64,000 bases of DNA from Pseudomonadota bacterium. Lineage in GTDB: Bacteria > Desulfobacterota > Desulfobacteria > Desulfobacterales > RPRI01. Both the position numbers and the translations under genes were made by a program. A model generated the notes under the pieces. It saw only the letters and a program-made list of their open reading frames with translations. It was not told the origin of the DNA and ran no database searches. How positions within the stretch are numbered: the first letter of the stretch is position 1; each line of letters opens with the position of its first letter. Below are positions 55,717-64,000 of this stretch, one piece after another. The stretch lies in contig JBDRRF010000005.1 of assembly GCA_043825875.1 (NCBI GenBank), forward strand, positions 1 to 64,000. Reading direction: 5' to 3'.

Positions 55717-56471
55717 GATAAATCCTTTATATCGGCAAGCTGTCTGGCAGGCTTTGAGAAAAGATCATGAACAAATTGGGTTGCAGGAGAACCAAGTATT
55801 TCTTTCTTTGCGCCGATCTGTTCGAGGTTTCCCTTATGAAGAACTGCTATGCGGTCTCCAAGCAATAATGCTTCAAAGATATCGTGCGTAACAAAAACAA
55901 TAGTTTTTTTAAGATGATTTTTTAAATTCAATAACTCTTGTTGCAGTGATTCACGGGTAATAGCATCAAGCGCACCAAAGGGTTCGTCCATTAGCAGATA
56001 ATCAGGATTTGCAGCTAAAGCGCGGGCAACTCCTACCCTTTGTTGTTGTCCTCCGCTAAGTTCTTCAGGAAACCTTTGTGCATATTCTTTTGCAGGTAAA
56101 CCTACAAGTGTAAGAAGCTCAATTGTCCGATTTTGTCTTTTTTCGGAAGACCAGCCAAGAAAGCGGGGCACAAGTTCAATATTCTGCTCTATAGTCATAT
56201 GAGGAAAAAGCCCGACACCCTGAAATACATATCCTATACTGCGACGCAGACTTACAGGGTTCATGCCTTTGATATCCTGACCGTTTACCTTAATTATACC
56301 GGAAGATGATTCGATCAAACGATTTATCATTTTAAGAGTTGTGGTTTTGCCACAACCTGAAGAGCCTAAAAGAACAAGAGTTTCGCTTTCACTAATAGAC
56401 AAGCTCAGGTCATTGACTGCATAAGTAAGGCCGCCGTCAAATGTTTTTGATACATTTAAAAGTTCAATCAT
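55713..56471 (-). CDS. Osmoprotectant ABC transporter ATPase
   Basis: GSSGCGKTTTLKMINRL, LSGGQQQRVGVARAL, DEPFGALD. Confidence 0.9.
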   Translation of the reverse strand: MIELLNVSKTFDGGLTYAVNDLSLSISESETLVLLGSSGCGKTTTLKMINRLIESSSGIIKVNGQDIKGMNPVSLRRSIGYVFQGVGLFPHMTIEQNIELVPRFLGWSSEKRQNRTIELLTLVGLPAKEYAQRFPEELSGGQQQRVGVARALAANPDYLLMDEPFGALDAITRESLQQELLNLKNHLKKTIVFVTHDIFEALLLGDRIAVLHKGNLEQIGAKKEILGSPATQFVHDLFSKPARQLADIKDLS

Positions 56472-56715
56472 ATGAAATAATTTAACCGATTATTATTCGT
56501 TTGGATACTGTGGAGTAATAATATCTGAATTTAAAAACAAGACTTTCTTAACACAATAACCCGAATTCGGCAAGAAAGGGGGGATGTATGTTCTAATTTG
56601 ACCATTTTCTCTTTCAAAATATTAAAAGATTGTTTACTTGGGTTTACATACTCTGTATTAACAATACCGGTACTCTGGAAAATTACAAAATTGATTTTTT
56701 GCAAAGGAAATATAA

Positions 56716-59700
56716 ATGACCGAGTTTGATACACTGCCTGATGAGATGATCCTTAATATTCATTCAATAGATAAGACGGTTCCCGAAAACCTGACAGTTA
56801 CTTTAGGCGGTCGTGAAATTTTAGAACCGGCTTTTGTGTTTAAAAACGAAAAATTTATACAGAAGCTTGAGCAATTGGAAGAAATGATACGGCTGCCTTT
56901 GCCCTGCGATGCCAAGGGAGTCATGGGGTCTAAAGAAAATGATTTGGAGTCGGCTATCTATGAACAATCAGTTACCATCGGAACCGGTCTGGCCGACATA
57001 CTAGATGATATGGGGCGACAAACCCTTACAGAGATGATGAATAGCACCAAGATACCATTGCTGCGCATCGTTGTTGACGGCGATTGGGCAGACCGTGTTC
57101 TGGCTTTGCCATGGGAACTTCTTTATATAGATGGCCGCTTTCCGGTAAAAGAAGCTCGCCTGGATGTGGTTCGTGAAGTCAGCGTGGCTAATGCGCCCGG
57201 TCTTGAGCCACAGACTACGCCTTTCAGGGTGCTTGTGCATATCGCCGCCCCGGAGGCTGACGATGGGCAAAGTTCGTTAATGTATGAAGAAGAAGCTTAT
57301 CGCCTTGTTCTTTCCATGCAGCAAGTCGCAAAAGACGCCGTTGCTTTTTCCGATTTGGGCACTGCAAGGGATCTGGTTCGGGCCGTTCGGAATATCAACC
57401 CCACCGTGGTTCATTTTACCGGACACGGTAGCCCCGGCACATTATTGTTTGAAAATGAAATCGGTGAAAACGCCGAGATCCCTATTTCATATCTTTTGAC
57501 ACAGATGCGGGCTTCGGCGGTTGGAGAACAGCCTGTTTTGCCCCAGGTTTTTTATCTGGCGTCTTGTTATGGCGCCTCCGGCACAGCCAACTTCACGCCG
57601 GCAGCTAAGTGCGGATATAGGCAGCTTAGCGAATTGGGCGCGGTTAAAGGGGAGGGGCCTTCCACCGCAACTACCATACAAAGACAAGGGTGCCCGGCCG
57701 TTGTGGCCTATTTTGGTCCGGTAGGGGATCAATTGTCCACCCGCGCGGAAACTATATTCTATAGTGGGTTGGCTGCGGGCAAAAAGCTTACCGAATCAGT
57801 GCGCAGCGCCCGTATAGATATGGCCGGAGTGCTTGGAGAAAAAGATAAGTATTATCGCTATCCGCTGGGCTGGGCGCAACTTGCGCTGTATCTGCGGGGT
57901 AACGATATTTCCATAAGCAAAGCAAAAACCGGGGGGAAAGCCGCCGATGATATTTACGTTCTGGAACAACAGCTTTACCGTCCTGATTCACCGGTTCATT
58001 CTCTGGATATGCTGCATTCCGGCATAGACGGGTTTATAGGCAGGCGCAAGGATCTTGCAATGCTCGGGCAACGCCATATCAAGGGCCAGCGCTTGTTTGT
58101 GCTTTACGGTCTTGGCGGTATCGGCAAAACCGCTCTTGCTGTTAACCTGATTCCAAAACTGGGAATAGATCAAGACAAAATAGTAATACTTGATGCGGCC
58201 CGTGCGGATAAAGCTGCAAATCCTTTTCAAGACCTCTGGGAGCAAATGACGGATCAGCTTCAGGATGCTTTTCCTGATATCCTGGCAAGCATACTGGAAA
58301 CTTATAAACAAAAACAAGATCCTGAAATATTGCTTGGCGCAATGATTGCCGCAGTTAAAGACCCCTGGCTCGTTTATCTGGACAATGCCGAATCGTTGCA
58401 GGTAAAAGTAAATTCCGAAAACGGCGATCTTGGCGCATGGGCATCCCAGGGTATTTCTCAATGGTGGCAAATAGTCGCTGCCGGTGCGTTTCATGGCGGT
58501 TCGCTCACGCTAATGGCCACAACCCGCTACTTGTGGGAAGGGATTGAAAGAAAAGACAGTTGGCAGCCAGGCGTATTGCGACCATCGGATATCGCACGTA
58601 TGATGCGCTGGTTTCCATATCTGCGGCAAATTTCCCATGAGAACAAAATGAAAATCATCGAATGGCTAAACGGCCATGCACGGGCATTGATCTATCTTGA
58701 AGGCTTGTTTAAAGAAATTCTCGATTCGCAAACACCGGAAGATGATATTTCAGCAGAAAGATGGCAGGCGGCAATTGAACAAGCCCTGCCCCAAACGGAT
58801 GAAAAACTGGAAAACGAAGACCTTATGCTTTCTCACATTTTGAAAAGACTCGACACTCCGGCCAAAGATCAGTTGCGAGTCCTCACCGCCTTAAGATCTC
58901 CCGCTCCTTTGGATGCGCTAAATAGTCTCGGAGACCAAACCGGCAGGCTTGAAAGTTTGGGCCTTATCACAAAGTTTTCCGGAAAATTTTACGGAATGCA
59001 TGCTAGCGTGAGCCGCTTTGTTGAATTGCTTTGCGGCCCGGCAGGCCCCGAAGATCATTTGCGCATCGGGCTGTGGTACGATGATGCTTACAAAGCTGAA
59101 AAACGTCTGGTTTTTGTTGAAGAAGCTGTTTATCATCTGGTAACGGCAGAAAAGGCTGATTTGGCAGCCACCCCGGCTGCCGATTTGGCAAGCCATTACC
59201 TCGCAACTCTTCGTTATGCCGAATCCGGGCAGGTGATAGATTCCGTAATAGCCCTTTCCCCGTCCGCCGATTTAACGGAAAATCTTCTTGCAATAAGAGG
59301 CTATCTCCATAACGCTCTTGGACGATACGAATTTGCCGCCGCCGATTTTCAGGAAATGATTGAATCCGCCCGTAAACGTGAGACAGAAGGCATTGCTGAG
59401 GCTCAAGGGCTTCACGGACTTGCCAATGCCCTTGTTGAATTGGGCCGATATGACGAGGCCGTTGAGGCTTTTAATAAATCACTTGGTATCACAAAGCAGA
59501 TTTATGGAACAGAGGCACATCCTGATTATGCCACATCTATTCATGGTCTTGCCAATGCTCTTGTTCGTTTAGGCCGATATGAAGAGGCTGTCGAGGCTTT
59601 TAATCAATCATTGAGTATCAAAAAGAGGATCTATGGATCAGTGACGCACCCTGATTATGCCGCTTCGCTTTCAGGTCTTGCCAACGCTCTTAGTAGCTTA

Positions 59701-60735
59701 GGCCGATATGAAGAAGCCGTTGAGGCCTATAATAAATCACTCAATATCAAAAAGGAGGCCTTCGGCAGTGACGAACACCCCGAATCTCTTCCCACCCGGA
59801 CAAATCTGGGAATGGCATTGGCAAAGATGGGACGAATTGATCAGGCGAGCAGAGAAATGGACCGAGCCTTATCTATTGCCAGAACTATGGGGCATCCTTT
59901 TCATACCGGCAACATCCTGGTTTTGTATGCACAGGTTGAAGCAGCCCGCAACACCCAAAAAGCCATAGATATGGCAGTAGAAGCTGAAGCTTTGTTAATG
60001 CAGCTATTCGAAACTTCGCACCCCACGCTGCAAGAAGTGAGGGCATTGATCGCCGGGTTGAAGGGCGGGCCTGAGCCTGAATCTGATCCTGCCACAGGGC
60101 AAAAAAAACAAAGGGCAAAAGTTACTCCGGATATGCTCAAAGACTGGGCTCATGAGCTGCTACATGGTGTTCCATCTGTTTCCAGGGTTGTGTTTGTCCA
60201 TCTGGCTCAGCGTATTGCATTGTTGATTTCCACTCAGGGCATCCTCACTCAATTGGCTGTGCGGATGGGTAAACCCGGATTAGAACTGGAAGATCCCACT
60301 GCGCTTGAGATGCCGGAAGATATGCCACCCGAACAGATCCAGGAATTAAAGTCCAGGCTTGCCTACATTAAGGCATTGATGAAAACGATGGTTGAGGACA
60401 TTAATGACAGGCTACGAGATTACCCCGAACAAAACGGGCGGATTGTATTAAATGAAGACCTGTCATGTACTGTTCCCGATGGGCTTTCAACCGTGCTGTT
60501 AGACGAAGCCGCAGCGATTATTTTAGTCGGTTCAGACGAATTGCTGCGGGCGGAACTTGACCTTGTTTTGAAGGGATTATCCATCCTGTTAAAAGATGAA
60601 GATGATCCGGCCGCAATTGGACTGCCGACCACTTTGCTCCGGAGATTGCCGGATCAGCGGGAAAAAATCGTTAACACGCTGAAGCCATTTTGCTCTGAAA
60701 GACAGAAGAAGCTCTTATTGGAAACGAAAGGATAA
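56716..60735 (+). CDS. CHAT (caspase-like) protease fused to a STAND/NB-ARC-like ATPase and TPRs
   Basis: LPWELL, VHFTGHG (His), YLASC (Cys), FIGR, GLGGIGKT, VYLDNAE, 43-aa TPRs. Confidence 0.88.
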   Translation: MTEFDTLPDEMILNIHSIDKTVPENLTVTLGGREILEPAFVFKNEKFIQKLEQLEEMIRLPLPCDAKGVMGSKENDLESAIYEQSVTIGTGLADILDDMGRQTLTEMMNSTKIPLLRIVVDGDWADRVLALPWELLYIDGRFPVKEARLDVVREVSVANAPGLEPQTTPFRVLVHIAAPEADDGQSSLMYEEEAYRLVLSMQQVAKDAVAFSDLGTARDLVRAVRNINPTVVHFTGHGSPGTLLFENEIGENAEIPISYLLTQMRASAVGEQPVLPQVFYLASCYGASGTANFTPAAKCGYRQLSELGAVKGEGPSTATTIQRQGCPAVVAYFGPVGDQLSTRAETIFYSGLAAGKKLTESVRSARIDMAGVLGEKDKYYRYPLGWAQLALYLRGNDISISKAKTGGKAADDIYVLEQQLYRPDSPVHSLDMLHSGIDGFIGRRKDLAMLGQRHIKGQRLFVLYGLGGIGKTALAVNLIPKLGIDQDKIVILDAARADKAANPFQDLWEQMTDQLQDAFPDILASILETYKQKQDPEILLGAMIAAVKDPWLVYLDNAESLQVKVNSENGDLGAWASQGISQWWQIVAAGAFHGGSLTLMATTRYLWEGIERKDSWQPGVLRPSDIARMMRWFPYLRQISHENKMKIIEWLNGHARALIYLEGLFKEILDSQTPEDDISAERWQAAIEQALPQTDEKLENEDLMLSHILKRLDTPAKDQLRVLTALRSPAPLDALNSLGDQTGRLESLGLITKFSGKFYGMHASVSRFVELLCGPAGPEDHLRIGLWYDDAYKAEKRLVFVEEAVYHLVTAEKADLAATPAADLASHYLATLRYAESGQVIDSVIALSPSADLTENLLAIRGYLHNALGRYEFAAADFQEMIESARKRETEGIAEAQGLHGLANALVELGRYDEAVEAFNKSLGITKQIYGTEAHPDYATSIHGLANALVRLGRYEEAVEAFNQSLSIKKRIYGSVTHPDYAASLSGLANALSSLGRYEEAVEAYNKSLNIKKEAFGSDEHPESLPTRTNLGMALAKMGRIDQASREMDRALSIARTMGHPFHTGNILVLYAQVEAARNTQKAIDMAVEAEALLMQLFETSHPTLQEVRALIAGLKGGPEPESDPATGQKKQRAKVTPDMLKDWAHELLHGVPSVSRVVFVHLAQRIALLISTQGILTQLAVRMGKPGLELEDPTALEMPEDMPPEQIQELKSRLAYIKALMKTMVEDINDRLRDYPEQNGRIVLNEDLSCTVPDGLSTVLLDEAAAIILVGSDELLRAELDLVLKGLSILLKDEDDPAAIGLPTTLLRRLPDQREKIVNTLKPFCSERQKKLLLETKG

Positions 60736-60994
60736 AGGGTAGTAATAGATACATAACAGTTTAGTCTATAATTTAACCTAACTGGCTCAGTGGATTTATT
60801 TATCCTCCCGCTCAGTTCTGCCTTCAGATAAACCTCATTTCTGTATTTGACAATAGGTAAGACCTAAAGAAAATGCCCTAAACAAATTGCCGATAAACTC
60901 TATGCAAGTTCACTGTCGGCCGATTATTCATATTTGAAGATAAAAAATCTGACAATATAAAACTTCATATCTTTTTCCAGGTCTATAAGGTCTG

Positions 60995-61063
60995 AAAAAG
61001 GTAGCGGCCAGCCGGAATTAATCCGGTTGGCCGCTAAGGAAAAGAAAAGATTTTTGGGGTTGT
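60995..61063 (-). ncRNA. Candidate sigma54-dependent small RNA
   Basis: Minus-strand sigma54 promoter directly upstream, CU-rich stretch, then hairpin UAGCGGCCAACCGGA-UUAAU-UCCGGCUGGCCGCUA and CCUUUUU. Confidence 0.5.
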
Positions 61064-61073
61064 TTATAATTAT

Positions 61074-61090
61074 TGCAAATAACTTGCCAA
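61074..61090 (-). promoter_or_regulatory. Sigma54 -24/-12 promoter pointing away from nifH
   Basis: TTGGCAAGTTATTTGCA with correct GG-N10-GC spacing. Confidence 0.65.
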
Positions 61091-61217
61091 TCCGGAATTT
61101 TATTTAATATTAATAGTAGATAATATATAAAACAATAAAACAAGATAGTTATAGCCAGCTATTTTTTTGTTTCTCATTAATAAATATTTTACAGATTTCA
61201 TGCCATTTGCATTAAAC

Positions 61218-61249
61218 TCAAAATAATGACACCAGTGTCATTATTTTGA
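61218..61249. promoter_or_regulatory. Perfect 15-bp inverted repeat, candidate enhancer-binding site
   Basis: TCAAAATAATGACAC-CA-GTGTCATTATTTTGA. Confidence 0.6.
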
Positions 61250-61493
61250 TACTTTATTTATACTTCTTGGGTCTTCTCCTGCTTCTTTTCCCTGATTTTC
61301 TTCCGCCCTTAAATTTAAGTGGGCAAAAAGTTTTAAACAATAACAAAATTACATAATTGTAGTAGTAAAGCTTATATATTGCAATTATGTATCATAAATA
61401 TATCTTCATAAGTAACTGTACTTATCAGCAACAAGCCAATAATATATATTAATATAAAGCATTTAAAACCATTTAATCGGATTTAATATCTTG

Positions 61494-61509
61494 TGGCATA
61501 ACTCTTGTA
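61494..61509 (+). promoter_or_regulatory. Probable sigma54 promoter of nifH
   Basis: TGGCAT-AACTC-TTGTA (GT variant at -12), about 55 nt before the ATG. Confidence 0.55.
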
Positions 61510-61523
61510 ATAAGTAATATTAA

Positions 61524-62387
<864 letters not shown>

Positions 62388-62405
62388 AGAAGAAAGGAAT
62401 TAATC

Positions 62406-62762
62406 ATGATTATGATCAGATCAATTGTCAGGCCGGAAAAAGTTGACGCAGTACTAGCTGCATTGATGGAAGCAGGCTTTCCCGGTGTAACAAAATTATC
62501 GGTTGTCGGACGCGGGAAGCAACGTGGGATTAAAATCGGCGAAATTACCTACGATGAGATCCCTAAAGAAATGCTGCTAACAATCGTCAAGGACAAGGAG
62601 AAGGATTTTGTCATTAAAACAATTTTAAAAGCGGCACGCACCGGAGATAAGGGTGCTTATGGCGATGGAAAGATATTCATTGTGCCTGTAGAGGAAGTTT
62701 ATACCATCAGTTCAGGTATAAAAGAGGATGCCGGAGGTAATATTGAAGAGGTGAAAATATGA
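62406..62762 (+). CDS. nifI1: P-II family nitrogenase regulator NifI1
   Basis: IVRPEK, GRGKQRG, YDEIPK, GDGKIF; between nifH and nifD. Confidence 0.9.
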   Translation: MIMIRSIVRPEKVDAVLAALMEAGFPGVTKLSVVGRGKQRGIKIGEITYDEIPKEMLLTIVKDKEKDFVIKTILKAARTGDKGAYGDGKIFIVPVEEVYTISSGIKEDAGGNIEEVKI

Positions 62763-63139
62763 AGGAAATATTGGCCATTATCCGAATGAACATGATGAAC
62801 CGGACAAAAACCGCCCTTTCCGAAGCGGGTATTTCCTCCATAACTGCGGGAAGTGTCCTTGGGCGGGGTAAAGGCCTTATAGATCTTCAACTGCTCAAAG
62901 GTGCCGAAAAAGGTTATGAAGAGGCCGTTTCACTTTTAGGGCAGAGCAACAGGCTTATACCAAAACGTATCTTAATTATCACTATTCCTAATAAACTTGT
63001 GAAAAAAACCGTAAAAACAATAATGAAAGTAAACAAAACCGGAAAATCCGGAGATGGTATTATTTGTGTAATGCCATGCCATGATGCTGTTAGAGTACGC
63101 ACGGGTGAAAGTGGTGATGATGTTTTAGATGATGTTTGA
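62759..63139 (+). CDS. nifI2: P-II family nitrogenase regulator NifI2
   Basis: KEILAIIRMN, GRGKG, LIPKR, RVRTGESG. Confidence 0.9.
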   Translation: MKEILAIIRMNMMNRTKTALSEAGISSITAGSVLGRGKGLIDLQLLKGAEKGYEEAVSLLGQSNRLIPKRILIITIPNKLVKKTVKTIMKVNKTGKSGDGIICVMPCHDAVRVRTGESGDDVLDDV

Positions 63140-63195
63140 GATGACGTTTGATTTGAAGCGCCAACAATAATTGTTCAAAAGAGGAGATGCTTAAA

Positions 63196-64000
63196 ATGGC
63201 GTTACCTGAAGAAAATATTAAAATTGATATTGATGGATATACTCCTGAAGAAATCAAAGAAGAAATGTTGCTGCAGTATCCACCTAAAGTTGCCCGTAAG
63301 AGGGCAAAGCAGATCATAGTCAATAAGTTTGGAGAAGACGGTGAAGTGGGCGATATCAGTCCAAACGTTCGGACAGTTCCGGGATTGATTGGTCAGCGGG
63401 GATGTTGTTATGCCGGTTGCAAGGGTGTTGTTTTAGGTCCGACAAGAGATATTATAAACATTACCCATGGGCCGATAGGATGCGGGTTCTATAGTTGGTT
63501 AACCCGCAGGAACCAGACTGATGCCAGTACTACTCCGGATAATCATAATTTTATGACTTACTGTTTTTCTACCGATATGCAGGATGAACAGATCATATTC
63601 GGGGGAGAAAAAAAACTCAGGCAGGCCATACAGGAAGCATATGACAATTTCCATCCAAAAGCGATTGCTGTTTTTGCTACCTGTCCCGTGGGTTTGATTG
63701 GAGACGATATTCATACTGTTTGTCGTGAAATGAAGGAAAAACTTGGAATAAATGTCTTTGGTTTCAGTTGTGAGGGATACAAGGGAGTGAGCCAGTCAGC
63801 AGGCCATCACATTGCAAATAACGGTATCTTTACCCATGTGGTAGGTACTGATGATACTGAGCGGGATGGCAAATATAAAATTAATCTACTGGGAGAATAT
63901 AATATCGGTGGAGATGCATTTGAAATAGAGCGGATCTTTGAAAAATGCGGCATTACTTTAATTTCTACTTTCAGCGGAAATTCCAGCATAGATAAATTCG
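63196..64000 (+). CDS. nifD: Nitrogenase MoFe protein alpha chain, N-terminal part (runs off the right edge)
   Basis: Manual translation: MALPEE...YPPKVARKR...RGCCYAGCKGVV...HGPIGC...TCPVGLIGDD...CEGYKGVSQSAGHH. Confidence 0.95.
   Translation, partial: MALPEENIKIDIDGYTPEEIKEEMLLQYPPKVARKRAKQIIVNKFGEDGEVGDISPNVRTVPGLIGQRGCCYAGCKGVVLGPTRDIINITHGPIGCGFYSWLTRRNQTDASTTPDNHNFMTYCFSTDMQDEQIIFGGEKKLRQAIQEAYDNFHPKAIAVFATCPVGLIGDDIHTVCREMKEKLGINVFGFSCEGYKGVSQSAGHHIANNGIFTHVVGTDDTERDGKYKINLLGEYNIGGDAFEIERIFEKCGITLISTFSGNSSIDKF

Noticed and set aside
61001..61036. Hairpin as the terminator of the plus-strand CHAT gene
   Set aside because: On the plus strand it is followed by a purine-rich run and lies about 270 bp past the stop; the U-tract is on the minus strand. 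Bidirectional function is not excluded.

Overview
AT-rich window from an anaerobic deltaproteobacterium-like genome (Desulfobacterales-like by gene content; inference). From left to right it holds a partial serS, a 5-formyl-THF cyclo-ligase and a lone recC. A large metal/cofactor region follows: a Nik-type ECF Ni/Co transporter with porin, znuABC with a divergent Fur/Zur regulator, an aminotransferase, a CoA-activase and ThiF. Two cobalamin riboswitches control (i) btuB, a btuF-cbiZ fusion, btuFCD and exbBD-tonB and (ii) cbiMNQO with the anaerobic cbiC-X-D-ET-L-F-GH-A cluster. An accessory stretch (about 42.8-61 kb) carries TA-like pairs, Y1-transposase debris, a haem-c sensor, a CoA-transferase, a radical SAM enzyme, an Opu transporter and a CHAT-STAND-TPR protein. 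The window ends in nifH-nifI1-nifI2-nifD (partial). The most notable unannotated signals are: a candidate sigma54-driven ~70-nt sRNA divergent from nifH that is complementary to the nifH ribosome-binding site; inverted 8-mer arrays inside the B12-uptake operon, one pair enclosing a decayed four-helix-bundle gene; GTAG-type REPs inserted inside a cobalamin riboswitch aptamer; an apparently exported BtuF-CbiZ fusion; and an NLR-like caspase-family protein. All calls were made by eye; no searches were run.
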